Assembly (NCBI GenBank): GCA_051871645.1
Contig: JBJEDC010000092.1
Coordinates: 19,341-83,340, forward strand
DNA: 64,000 nt
Reading direction: 5' to 3'
From: Muribaculaceae bacterium
Lineage (GTDB): Bacteria; Bacteroidota; Bacteroidia; Bacteroidales; Muribaculaceae
Shown: piece after piece, positions 1 to 10,500 of the stretch
Layout: each line of letters begins with the position of its first letter
Numbering within the stretch: position 1 is the first letter of the stretch
Notes under the pieces: model-generated
Seen by the model: only the letters and a program-made list of their open reading frames with translations
What the model was told of the DNA's origin: nothing
The model's database searches: none
Position numbers and translations under genes: made by a program

Positions 1-650
1 AAGTCGGCGTCGAGGCGCGTCTTGGCGGCGCGGCAGTCGTCGCAGTCGGGGTCGTAGAAGAGCAGGATGACGTGGCGGGGCGTCACCTCCGAGAATTTCT
101 TCCTGGAGCCGTCGCGCAGCGTCATCTCAAAGTCGGGCGCGGGCTGGCTCAGACGGCTGCCCAGCAACTGCCGGTACTGATAGACGAAGCGCTCTTTCTC
201 GGCGCCCTTGACCTTTTTGTTGAGGGCGACGGCCTCGACGAAGGGGAAGTAGAGTTCGTCGCTGCGCACCTCGGCGGTGTCGCTGTAAGTCCATCCCTCG
301 GCCATGCGTGCCAGGTCGAGGAGGTTCTGCGGCTTGGCCTTGGCCACCTGCTGCAGCAGATGGTCAATCGACATGAACACCGTATCGGCGGTGGCGTAGG
401 GTACGAAGCCGAAGAAGGTGCCCAGGGTGTGGTTGAGGCGCTCCTGCGACGAGAAGGAACTTTTGGGGTTGAATGTTTTCCAGTAATTGTCGATGATGTA
501 GTTGCATCGCTGCGACAGTGTCGTCAGCCTGTCGGGCGGCGAAGGCATCGTCACCAGCAGGTTGGGGTCGGCGGGCGCGGTCTGCGCCGCCAGCGACAGC
601 GTCCATGCCGCCGCAATGGCAATCGCCACAATATGTATGAGTTTTTTCAT
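1..650 (-). CDS. DUF5106-family / thioredoxin-like exported protein (partial, runs off window start)
   Basis: Not in the ORF track; manual translation from ATG at 650 gives MKKLIHIVAIAIAAAWTLSLAAQ (signal peptide)...YIIDNYW...APDFEMTLRDG...LLFYDPDCDDC (CxxC). Confidence 0.75.
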   Translation of the reverse strand, partial: MKKLIHIVAIAIAAAWTLSLAAQTAPADPNLLVTMPSPPDRLTTLSQRCNYIIDNYWKTFNPKSSFSSQERLNHTLGTFFGFVPYATADTVFMSIDHLLQQVAKAKPQNLLDLARMAEGWTYSDTAEVRSDELYFPFVEAVALNKKVKGAEKERFVYQYRQLLGSRLSQPAPDFEMTLRDGSRKKFSEVTPRHVILLFYDPDCDDCRAAKTRLDAD

Positions 651-698
651 AAGTCGTGTTGTTAAGTTTGATGCGGTGAGAGGATGTTGAACCAGGCC

Positions 699-777
699 AA
701 TGTAGGGACATCGCTTTGCGATGTCAGTCCGTCATTCAGTTTACCCTCTTAACGTGCCAAAGGCACGTCCCTACATT
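699..777. repeat. REP-doublet (REPIN-like) copy 1
   Basis: GTAGGGACATCGC-TTT-GCGATGT, spacer, ACGTGCC-AAA-GGCACGTCCCTAC; lies in the putative 5' UTR of the DUF5106 gene (TAAATTTG box at about 817-824, minus). Confidence 0.9.
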
Positions 778-857
778 CCGGACACACCTTCAGGAGCCCG
801 CACTTGTTTCAGCTTACAAATTTAGCAAAAGTTTTTAAAATTGGAAACGTAAAACGT

Positions 858-891
858 AAAAAGGCCGTGCCCGGTTGTGGACACGGCCTTT
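858..891 (-). terminator. Intrinsic terminator downstream of the lipoprotein gene
   Basis: AAGGCCGTG...CACGGCCTT stem preceded on plus by an A-run. Confidence 0.7.
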
Positions 892-938
892 GCGGCTATC
901 GGTGTGCGGCATGTGGCGCCGCTTCCGTGGTTCAGGGA

Positions 939-2990
939 TTATTCAACGCCCCAGGTGCACTTGACGGGTTCGAACTTGCCCTTGCCGACTACCTTATAGA
1001 CAGCCTGGCAGGGGATGGTCGAGCCGTTGTAGGCGTAGAAGTTGAAGGTATAGGTGAAATCGAGGCCGGGGATGGGCTCGACGTCAGAGTGAATCTGCTC
1101 GATGACGGCCAGGAAGACCTCCTCGAAGAAGCGCTTCTTGATGAGCTCCGAAATCTGCTCGTCGGTCATGTCCTTGAAGCCGTCTGCATATTGCTCGCGG
1201 GCCGAGGCGCCGCGGATGTCGACGTTGTTCTGGTATGCCGAGGCACCCGAGTAGTAGTCGTTGTTGCCGTACTTGGAGACGTAGTACAGACCGCTGGTGA
1301 TTGATGTGTCGCCCAGGGGTTTGCAGATGTTCTCGAAGACCCAGTCAACGCAGGCCTGGTAATATGTTGCCGAGAAAGCCTGGTTGCGTCCTGAAGGCAG
1401 GGTGATGACAACCGAGGGGTCGAACATCCATTTGCCGTTGTTCTTGACGAACTGGCGGGTAACAGTCTCGATACCGTCGTTGAGAGTCCACTCGCTGCCG
1501 TTGTAGATGTACTGGTCGCATACGTAGTAAGTCTCCTTGCTGGACGAGTTGTAGTAAAGGTAGAGGATGTTCTTGACGGCCTCGGCGGAAGCGTAGGGGA
1601 ATTTCTGCTTCAGGTAGATGGGCAGGAGTTTGTTGGCATTGGTGAGGTTCTGGTAGCTCTGGCCGAGTTCGGCATAGTCGCCGGGCTGGAGGACGACGAA
1701 GTCCGAAGCCACGGTCCAGCGGCCGCTTTCGTAGGCGTATACGGCGTTGTGGGCGGTCATGGGAACCTCGACGGCTGCGGCGCGGTGGCGGGCGGCGGCG
1801 ACGGGCTTGCCGTTGACACTTGTCACTACCATGTTGGCGTAGCGGTTACCGCCGGCGATGGCGATGAACCAGCCGGTGACGGTAACTGTCTCGCCGTCGG
1901 TGAAGAGAGCCTTCTGGGCTGGAGTGCCCTGGTAAACCGAACCCTTGGTGGTTGCGGCGCCCTCGACCTCGATGTTGATGTTGTTGCCTGAAACGACAAC
2001 CTTGCCGGTCATGGAGACGTACTTGGCAAGCTCGTTGTCGGTGCGTGCACCCAGTTCGTCAAGCTTGGCGCCGTTTACGACCTCGGGAGTGGGATAGGTG
2101 ACAGCCTGAGTGCCGACAACCTCGACGGAGGCGGTAGCGCCGGTAATCTGCAGACCCTTGTTGTAGGCGCCGATGGTGCCGCTGATGTTCATCTGCTGGC
2201 CGAGCTGTACGCTGGAGGCGTCGAAGGACGAGCCCATGTAGACGAGGATTGAGCCGGAGTTGTCGGTTACGATGTAACCCTGGGCGCAGATGCCGGTGAC
2301 GACAGCCTGGCAGTCGATTGCGGCGTCGAGGGCGGCCTGGCCGATGGTGTTGCCGGGCTTCCAGGGCTCGGGCTGGGGAGTGTCACCGCCGACGTTGCCG
2401 AAGACGGGGTTCTGGTTGGACTCGTTGTAGCTGACGATGCAGTACTTGGCGTCATCCGAGACATTGGCGGCGAGGATGCGTGCCAGGTAGCGAGAGGCGG
2501 GTTTCATGGGAGCGAAGCCGTTGACAAAGTCCTCGTCGCTCTCCCAGACGGAGCTCTTGTAGTCGTCCTCGGTGACGGTGTAGAGTTCGGCTGCTGCTGC
2601 GTCGGCGAGGTAGGCGGGGAGGCCTGACGACTGACGGAAGGTGAGGTTGACGGCCGAGCCGTTGTCGAGGTAGTAGTATTTCGCGGCCAGGACGGCGGGA
2701 GCGTAGTCCTCGGCGGGAATCTGCTCGCTGAAGCATTTCTGCTTGCCCACGTTGGCGAGGGCGTTTTTGAGTTCTTCGCCGGCCAGAGCCTGGTTGGTGC
2801 TGTTCGATGATATCGAAGCGTAGTCGGCGTCGGTCATCGTGTAGTCGATGGTCTCGATCTGTGTTACGGTCTCGCTATCCTGGTCCTTGAAGCCGTCGAG
2901 CTTGTCGTTCCAGGCGTTGTCGTCACAGCCGTTGAGGGTTGCCGAAACAGCAGCCGCAGCCATCAGACTGAAAAATATCTTGGTGTTCAT
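939..2990 (-). CDS. Surface lipoprotein with probable OB-fold domains (DUF5017/DUF5689-like), partner of the TonB receptor
   Basis: Lipobox TLNG-C followed by acidic DD; OB-like segment VVTGICAQGYIVTDNSGSILVY...ISGTIGAYNKGLQI; 37 bp downstream of the TBDR. Confidence 0.7.
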   Translation of the reverse strand: MNTKIFFSLMAAAAVSATLNGCDDNAWNDKLDGFKDQDSETVTQIETIDYTMTDADYASISSNSTNQALAGEELKNALANVGKQKCFSEQIPAEDYAPAVLAAKYYYLDNGSAVNLTFRQSSGLPAYLADAAAAELYTVTEDDYKSSVWESDEDFVNGFAPMKPASRYLARILAANVSDDAKYCIVSYNESNQNPVFGNVGGDTPQPEPWKPGNTIGQAALDAAIDCQAVVTGICAQGYIVTDNSGSILVYMGSSFDASSVQLGQQMNISGTIGAYNKGLQITGATASVEVVGTQAVTYPTPEVVNGAKLDELGARTDNELAKYVSMTGKVVVSGNNINIEVEGAATTKGSVYQGTPAQKALFTDGETVTVTGWFIAIAGGNRYANMVVTSVNGKPVAAARHRAAAVEVPMTAHNAVYAYESGRWTVASDFVVLQPGDYAELGQSYQNLTNANKLLPIYLKQKFPYASAEAVKNILYLYYNSSSKETYYVCDQYIYNGSEWTLNDGIETVTRQFVKNNGKWMFDPSVVITLPSGRNQAFSATYYQACVDWVFENICKPLGDTSITSGLYYVSKYGNNDYYSGASAYQNNVDIRGASAREQYADGFKDMTDEQISELIKKRFFEEVFLAVIEQIHSDVEPIPGLDFTYTFNFYAYNGSTIPCQAVYKVVGKGKFEPVKCTWGVE

Positions 2991-3027
2991 AAATATATCT
3001 TTTTGGATGATGGTGTAGACTGAGAAC

Positions 3028-5736
3028 TTAGAAGTTTACGCGGAGTTTCATCGTGTAGGTGCGGCCGAAGTTGTAGAATACGCGGAAGGCGTTATCCCAT
3101 GTGCCGTTCACACTCGAGCTGGTGTATGCGTCAACAACGTAGTTGTAGTTGAAAAGGTTCTGGAGGTTGCCGGAGAGGACAGCCTCTACGCCGCCGATCT
3201 CGAACTTGTACGAGGCGTTGAGGTCGAATTGGTTGCCCCAGGGTGCGCGCCAGGGGTCGGCCACGGTGACGGTGCCGCCGGCGGCGGGAGCCGAGACGGT
3301 GTAGTCGCTGTAGAGACGGTCGGCGACGGTCCAGTCGCAGCCGATGCGGAAGCCCTTGAAGGGACGGAAGGTGGCGCCGATGGCGGCGGTGGTCTGTGCC
3401 GAGCCGCCTACCTTGCGGCCTTTCTGCATCAGGGTGCCGTGCACGTGGTCCTCGGCCATGATGCCGGAGGCGATGGCGCCGGTGGTGGTGTTGGCAAGAG
3501 GCTGGCCGTTTTCGTTGTAATAGTAGCCTACGGCGTTCGAGTCCCAGATGTAGTCGCCGTACGAGAACATACCGGTGAGCTCGATGCCCTTGACGGGAAC
3601 GAAGGTGCAGTTGAACTCGATACCCATGTGGCGGGCGTCGACACCGCCCATGTTCATGTAGTAGCGTTCGGGGCCCTGGCCGATTGTGCCCGAGCGGGTT
3701 GTGGTCTTGTCAAGCCACTTGGTGTAGTAGCCGTTGAGGGTGGCCGAGAACATGCGCGAGGAGAAGCCGTAGCCGATTTCGGCCGAGAATGCTTTCTCGT
3801 TCAGCGGGTCGGGGTTGGCGGCGTTGCTGGTGGCGACGGAGAGGAACACACCGTTCGAGAAGAAGGGAGCGCGGCTGATGTAGCCGACGTTGGCGAAGAC
3901 GTTGTTGTGGCGGTCGATGTTGTAGTTGGCGCCGAACTTGGTTGTTCCGCCCAGGAAGTTGTAGGTCTTGGACTTCGAGTGAGCCTCGTCATAGTAGAAG
4001 TGGTCGACGCGCTGGTAGCCGGTGTTGCTGAGGGCGCCGGTGAGGACGAGGGTCAGTTTCTTGTCGAGGAGCGAGAGCTCGCCCTGGACGTATACGCCCT
4101 CCTGGTTGGTGCGGCCGTCAAAGTCGCGGTAGACTACGTCGCCCACGCCGAGTTTCTGGTTTACCCAGGCCTCGTCATTCTTGTTGTGGGTGGCGTTGTT
4201 GGCGGGGTCTACGGTGCCGCGGTTGACATCGTCGATGTAGTACTCGCCGTCATAGAGGTCGATAATCTTGTTGTTGTGCTTGCCGATGTAGTAGCGCATG
4301 TCGATACCGGCGAGGAACGACAGCTTGTTGTCCCAGAACTTGTTGGAGTAGGTCGAGATGAGGCCGAACCACTTGTGCGAGTTGTTGCTCTCGCTCATAA
4401 TCATGTTCGAGCCGGTCTCCGAGGCGGCGTTCATCAGCTGGACCTGGTCGTAGGCGAAGGTGCCGTCGGGGTTGCGGAACTCAGTGGTGATTTCGCCGTT
4501 GTTGGCGCCGTACCAGGCGCTGCGCCATGCGCTTGTACGGCCCTGGCCGGCGTAACCGCCGCCGGATGCCAGCGACATGTACAGGGTGGTGGACAGGTTG
4601 GACTTGTCGTTGATCTTCCAGATATGGGCCAGGGAGATCTGAGGCTTGTGATACTTGTTGACGTTGGAGTTGCGGGGCTGTCCGTTGAGGTCATAACCCC
4701 AGGTGGGGTTGTAGCGGTAGGGGCTCTCGTTGTCCATGTAGTTGCGGGCGACGGTCTGGTAGCCCATGATGGTCAGGCCGTTCATGTTGCTGCGCTGGCT
4801 GTGTACCTGGGGAGCGCCGAAGGCGGTCAGGCTCAGCTGATGGCTTTCGTTGAACTTCTTGGATACGTTGATGAAGTAGTTGTACGAGTTGAACCAGGTG
4901 CCCTGGATGTATCCGTCGCCCCAGCGGCGCGAACCCATCAGGGTTACGGCCCAGCCGTTCTTCATCAGGCCGGTGGAGACTTTCATGCCGATCTGGTTGA
5001 GGCCGTCGTTGCCGAGGCCGTACCATACCGAACCGCCGCGCTTGACGTCGGTGGAGGCGGTGGTGACGTTGATGGTTCCGCCTACCGACGGTGCCGACAG
5101 CACTGCTGCGCCGAGGCCGCGCTGGGTCTGGATGTTCGAGGCCACGTCGCTGAGGCCGGCCCAGTTGCTCCAGTATACTCGGCCGCCTTCCATGTCGTTG
5201 ATAGGTATACCGTTGATCATCACGTTGAGGTTCTCGCTCTTGAAGCCGCGCATGTTGATCTTGGCGTCGCCGAAGCCGCCGCCGTCCTTGGTTGCCCATA
5301 CGCCGGGGGTGGTCTTCAGGATTTCGGGGAACTCCTGTGCGCCGAGCTTCAGGTCGATGTCAATCTGGTTGATCTGCGACAGGGCCACGGGGGTCTGGCG
5401 CGTGCGGGCCAGCGACTGGGTGACGACGACGTCGTTCAGGGTCTCGGCCTTGGGCTTGAGGGTGATGGTGCCCATGTCGTCGCTGACGCCGGCTGTGCTC
5501 GGTTCATAGCCGACGAAGCTGAAGGTCAGCGTCTTGGCATTGTTGGGCGCGTTTACTTTAAACGTGCCGTCGATGTCGGTGACACCGAGGGCTTTGCCGT
5601 TGGTGACAACGACGCTGGCGCCGGGGATGGGCTCGCCTTCCTCGTCGACAACGACGCCTTTGCATTCGCGGGCCTGGGCCGTGAGGACCGCAGCCGAGAT
5701 GCAAAGCATCATTAGTGCTGAAAGAATTCTTCTCAT
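3028..5736 (-). CDS. TonB-dependent receptor (non-SusC type)
   Basis: N-terminal CarboxypepD_reg-like domain (GEPIPGASVVV...FSFVGY), plug (PEILKTTPGV...INMRGF...INGIPIND), C-terminal barrel strand ending RVNF. Confidence 0.93.
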   Translation of the reverse strand: MRRILSALMMLCISAAVLTAQARECKGVVVDEEGEPIPGASVVVTNGKALGVTDIDGTFKVNAPNNAKTLTFSFVGYEPSTAGVSDDMGTITLKPKAETLNDVVVTQSLARTRQTPVALSQINQIDIDLKLGAQEFPEILKTTPGVWATKDGGGFGDAKINMRGFKSENLNVMINGIPINDMEGGRVYWSNWAGLSDVASNIQTQRGLGAAVLSAPSVGGTINVTTASTDVKRGGSVWYGLGNDGLNQIGMKVSTGLMKNGWAVTLMGSRRWGDGYIQGTWFNSYNYFINVSKKFNESHQLSLTAFGAPQVHSQRSNMNGLTIMGYQTVARNYMDNESPYRYNPTWGYDLNGQPRNSNVNKYHKPQISLAHIWKINDKSNLSTTLYMSLASGGGYAGQGRTSAWRSAWYGANNGEITTEFRNPDGTFAYDQVQLMNAASETGSNMIMSESNNSHKWFGLISTYSNKFWDNKLSFLAGIDMRYYIGKHNNKIIDLYDGEYYIDDVNRGTVDPANNATHNKNDEAWVNQKLGVGDVVYRDFDGRTNQEGVYVQGELSLLDKKLTLVLTGALSNTGYQRVDHFYYDEAHSKSKTYNFLGGTTKFGANYNIDRHNNVFANVGYISRAPFFSNGVFLSVATSNAANPDPLNEKAFSAEIGYGFSSRMFSATLNGYYTKWLDKTTTRSGTIGQGPERYYMNMGGVDARHMGIEFNCTFVPVKGIELTGMFSYGDYIWDSNAVGYYYNENGQPLANTTTGAIASGIMAEDHVHGTLMQKGRKVGGSAQTTAAIGATFRPFKGFRIGCDWTVADRLYSDYTVSAPAAGGTVTVADPWRAPWGNQFDLNASYKFEIGGVEAVLSGNLQNLFNYNYVVDAYTSSSVNGTWDNAFRVFYNFGRTYTMKLRVNF

Positions 5737-5860
5737 TGCTGAAAAAGGATTAGTTATAAATAGGGTTTTATAGGGTTGTCGTGATGGTCTGTCGTGTCAT
5801 CGTCCTGTATGGAGCGACCGGGGGGTAGAGCCGGGGTGCGGGGGTGTTGGCACAGGGCGC

Positions 5861-5978
5861 AAAAAAAGCCTACGCTCAAGGGGGTTAGTCCTGTGCGTCG
5901 GCCTGATATTCTGCGGGTGTGATGAGCCCGTGTATTGGTTCCATGAAGGAGGTCATTGTTAAATTCACTGCAAAGTTA
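5861..5978 (-). promoter_or_regulatory. Promoter plus leader with 23-aa uORF and intrinsic terminator (putative attenuator) upstream of the TBDR
   Basis: TAACTTTG at 5971-5978; uORF 5956..5885 MTSFMEPIHGLITPAEYQADAQD*; hairpin GCCGACGCACAGG/CTTGAGCGTAGGC followed by T7. Confidence 0.6.
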
Positions 5979-6473
5979 CAAAAATTTGTTGAATAACCCC
6001 CGCTTTCCCCAAAATCTTTTCAACATACCCCCGCCCTATATAATAATGTGCGAAAGAGCGGCAAACAGGTTATTTCTCGGATGTTTGTTTATTTCTCGGA
6101 GGTGCGTGGCCCTCCTCGAAATTTTTTTATCGCGACTGTCATACAATCGGTGATAAGGCCCCCTCCTTTCGCTGTCATTTTTTCGGCGGGGAGGGCGGGG
6201 CGGGTTCTAATGTGTGGGAAAAACGCCGTTTTGGTTAAAAGTGATGAAATTTTTGTACGCATTGATAAATATTTGTAATTTTGTGCCAATATGAGCGCGC
6301 CGTCCTGTCCCTTCCGGGCTCCCGGCTCCGCTCCACCCGTAAAACCTGAAAATTATTTACTAAACGCCTAATTAAAAAGCGGTAACACCGCCTTACAGAC
6401 AAAATCCGCTTCATTATACATCCATTACCTTAAACAGAAAACAAACATCTACAAACCAATCAGTTAAATACTC

Positions 6474-7490
6474 ATGCATAGTTTCAAACAAGCTCTGATG
6501 CTTGCGGCCGCTGCCCTGGTGGCCGGGACGACAATGGCGCAGCAGCCCCTCAAGGGCACGCTGTCCAACATCCGTGCCGTCACCGACTCCAAGGACCAGA
6601 AGTTCGAGAAGCCCCGGTTCTCGCCCGACGGCAAGCAGATCGCGTACACACAGCTCGGTTATACCGGCCTGTACGTGATGAACAGCGACGGCAGCAGGAA
6701 ACGCTGCCTCACCGACCGGCTCGGTGCCGGCGTGGGCTACCAGTGGAGCGCCGACGGCGCCCGCATCGTCGCCCGCACCACACGCCTTGTCAAGGACCAC
6801 CCCTCGGGTGCCCCCCGCGTACATCAGCTCGAGGTCATTGATGTAGCCGACGGCTCCGTCGAGCGCCTCGGCGACGAGCAGGTGGAGATGCGCCTCCCCG
6901 CCTGGCGCTACGACGCCACCGGCCGTGCCTCCGTCACCCTCGGCAAGGGTGTCATCCGCCCCGCTAAGGAAATTCGTCTCAAGGACTTTGTCCCCGCCAC
7001 CTCCAAGAGCCGCGCCAAGGCACGCTCGCTCAACGGCAAGGTCAGCACCGTGGGCGACAGCTACATCGTCAGCTTCGACACCGACAACGACCACCTTTAT
7101 GTCATCGACGCCGAGGGCAACCGCACCAGCATCTACGACGGCTACGCCTTCCTGCCCGTACTCAGCCCCGACGGCAAGCGCGTCGCCTTCTGCGACGAGA
7201 AGTCCGAGACCCGCGTCATCAACCTCGACGGCACCGGCCTGCGCACCGTAGGCAAAGGCTTCGCCCCCGCCTGGGCCAACGACAGCCAGCTCATCGTCGA
7301 GCGCACCACCGACGACGGCCACGACTACACCGGCGGCGAACTGTACCTGCTCAACCTCGACGGCAGCGCCAAGGCTCTTACCGACAGTCCCGACCGCATA
7401 GAGATGTGTCCCGCAGTGTCGCCCGACGGAAAGCACCTCGTCTTCTCCGACTACAAGTCCGGTCAGATTTTCACCGCCGACCTTAAGTAA
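6474..7490 (+). CDS. TolB-like (PD40-repeat) beta-propeller protein, exported
   Basis: Signal peptide; PRFSPDGKQIAY, WSADG, PVLSPDGKRVAF, PAVSPDGKHLVF repeats; TAATTTTG box at 6276-6283. Confidence 0.85.
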   Translation: MHSFKQALMLAAAALVAGTTMAQQPLKGTLSNIRAVTDSKDQKFEKPRFSPDGKQIAYTQLGYTGLYVMNSDGSRKRCLTDRLGAGVGYQWSADGARIVARTTRLVKDHPSGAPRVHQLEVIDVADGSVERLGDEQVEMRLPAWRYDATGRASVTLGKGVIRPAKEIRLKDFVPATSKSRAKARSLNGKVSTVGDSYIVSFDTDNDHLYVIDAEGNRTSIYDGYAFLPVLSPDGKRVAFCDEKSETRVINLDGTGLRTVGKGFAPAWANDSQLIVERTTDDGHDYTGGELYLLNLDGSAKALTDSPDRIEMCPAVSPDGKHLVFSDYKSGQIFTADLK

Positions 7491-7519
7491 CCCTTGAACC
7501 GACTGAAAATTAACTACCT

Positions 7520-10500
7520 ATGAATTTATTTAAAATATTACTGGCAGCTACGGCGACCCTCGCCGCCGTGGCGCCCGCACATGCCGGATGGGGCAACTCT
7601 ACGGTCAAGATTATGCTCGACCCCGGCCACGGCGGCACCGACCCCGGCGCCGGCCGCAGCGGCTACCGCTACGAGCATGACCTGGTGCTCGACGCCTCGC
7701 TGGCCATGCGCGACTGGCTGCGCAACCACGGCGCCGTCAACGACAATGTGCGCCTCACCCGTGAGTCCAACACCACGGTTGATCTTAGCCCGCGCCGTCA
7801 GATGTCCATCAACTACGACCCGTGGATTTTCTGCTCGGTGCACCTCAACGCCTTCAACGGCGAAGCCTACGGCACCGAGACCTGGTATTACTGGGCCAAC
7901 CGCTCGCCTCAGCTGGCTCAATACGTGCAGAACCAGCTCGTCAGCAAACTCGGCACCACCAACCGCGGCGTCAAGCAGAACGGCTGGACCGTCATCACCG
8001 GCGCCAGCTACATTCCCGCAATCCTCACCGAGGGCCTCTTCGTCGACAACGTCTCGGAGAACAACATGATCAATAGCCGCGACAAAGCCGGCTTCGCCAA
8101 CTGGGTCAACGGACACCTCCAGGGTTTCTACGACTTTATGACCAGCTCGGCTGAGGTCAGCTACAACGGCAACCAGGGTCTCAGCAACCCCGCTTCCGAC
8201 CCGTGGAGCAACGGCAACAAGCCTACCGTGGACCCCGGCAGCGGCGACAACAACGACAACTTCAACGCCAACTGGGAGTCGATGACTCTGTGTCAGAAAA
8301 ACGTCTTTGCCTACAACATCCGCATAGACAAGTCGAACATGCTCAGCCCCAAGGTGTCCTATCAGCTCAACGGCACCACATCCTGGGTTAAAATCCACGT
8401 TTATATCAACGGCAAGGAGGTCGCCACCGTGGACGGCACCACCAAACAGCGCAACGAGGTCACCGTAGACCTCAGCAACGTGCGCGAGCGTGGCGACGCT
8501 TATTTCACCATCCAGGCAAGAACGGCTGCGACAGTTTCGTCGCCCTCCCTCATCAAGGACGACATACCGCCTGCATGGACAAGCAACTGGCACGCCAAGT
8601 TCTTCAACGCCACCGGCGTCACCGTCAACAACTGCACCGACTCGCCCACCTTCGGCCGCATCGTCGTTGCCGAGAGCCACAACTGCCCGTATTCGGGCTT
8701 TGTATCGTCCACCAACGACGGCCACGGACGCGGCGCCATGCTCTATCCCTTCACCCCGCAGATGCAGCCCATCCCCAACCCCGACCTCAACGGCACCTGG
8801 GGCTTCAACGGCGCCCGCGACTGGGACGACAGCGGCTATGACCAGTTGGGTGCGTGGAGCAAGGTACGCTACTCGGAGGACGGTCGACTCTTCGCCGCGA
8901 CAGCGACGTCCAACGACGGCCGCCGCGGCGTATACGAGTTCACCGACAACTCGGCCAACGGCGCCTCGCTCAACGGCTACGCCAACCGCGTGCTCTCCAC
9001 ATCATGGCCTGTCACCGGCCTCGACGTCATAGGCAAGGGCAACGACCTGCGCATCGCCGCCTTCGGCCCTCACCACATGGTTTATACTCAGGCCGACCCG
9101 ACAAACTATGGCGGATGGTACGATATTTATCCTTATGATAAGGGCGGCGAACCTAACCTCCAGCTTTACTGGCCCAACTCGGGAAGTTCGCAGACGATAA
9201 ACTTAGGCACTACCCAGATGGGTCATATCGACACGCAGACACTGAGTGTCGCCTTTGACCCGGACGGCAACGGCATGATGCTCGGCAATGCACGAGGAAA
9301 CACTAATGATAAAACCTATCCGATTTATCTGCATGTGACAACGGGTGGTTCAATCACAAGACCTTTGGCAGGCTGGGAGAATGTCGATGGCGGCGCCGTG
9401 GCTTACAATGCCGACCGCACCCTCTTCGCCGCTTCCGGCTCAAACGGTCAGATTTGTCTCTGGCGAGTAAACGGTAAGAACGGTGGTGTCGCCAATTACG
9501 ACTGGATTGGCGATTTTTATCCCGAGGTAGGTTCGTCCACACGCGACATCGCCTTCGACTATGCCAACAACATCTACATCACCGGCGACAACAGCCGCAA
9601 GGCCCTCGACAACGGCCAGTATATCGGCAACGCCGGTATGTGCGCCTACCAGCTGCCCGAAAGCTGGGGCGGCAAGGCCGAGACATGGACGCCCGCGCCC
9701 TACGACCAGCGTATCGTCGACTTCCAGCCCAAGGGCGTGAATGTGCAGCTCAAGAGCGTTTACTGGTCGGGCAAGAATCAGCAGACCGCCGACATCTACT
9801 GGGATGACATGACCGACGACGCCGGCCAGAGCCCCACGGGCTATACCGTCCTGCTCAACGGCAGTGTATACGGCGACAACTCCCGCATCTGGGACCACAG
9901 CCGGGACAACCCCTATCATGTCAACCTGGCCATGTACGGCCGCGACACCGAGGCCAACGACATCGTCAACACCATCCAGGTCATACCTTATTATAATGGT
10001 GTGCAGGCCCGCGAGTCCAATGTCCTGCGTGTCGGCCATACCGACTACGAAAAAGACGGCAAGGATGCGATATGGACCAACGTCGAGATGGGATGGAACA
10101 ACGGCCAGCAGCCTGTAACCATCACATGGAACGCCCCTCAGAACGGTGACGCATACGGCTATAAGCTTTACCGCATCGTCGGCGACAAGGCCGAGCAGAT
10201 AAAGTGCCCCGGCGACAAGGACGGTATCTTCCCCGCCGACCGTTTCGAGTACAAGATGGCCGACGCCGGCATCCGCCAGTGCAAGTTCCGCGTAGACGCC
10301 CTGATGCAGAAACGCCTCAAACTGCAGAACAGCGAGGTCAGCGACTACATCGTCGGCAAGGAGTCGGCACAGATTACACCTAACAGCAAGAACCATGTCG
10401 CTCCTGTCATCACCGAGCTGGTCAACTACCAGGGCCGCAACAGCGTACGCCTGGCATGGAGCTACGACAAGGACACCGACAAGCCCGACTACTACCGCAT

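Noticed and set aside
3229-5715. 828-aa plus-strand ORF and other long antisense ORFs (e.g. 9440..11239, 22828..24612, 52717..54312)
   Set aside because: Shadows of real genes on the opposite strand caused by strong codon bias; V/G/D-rich with no recognisable motifs.
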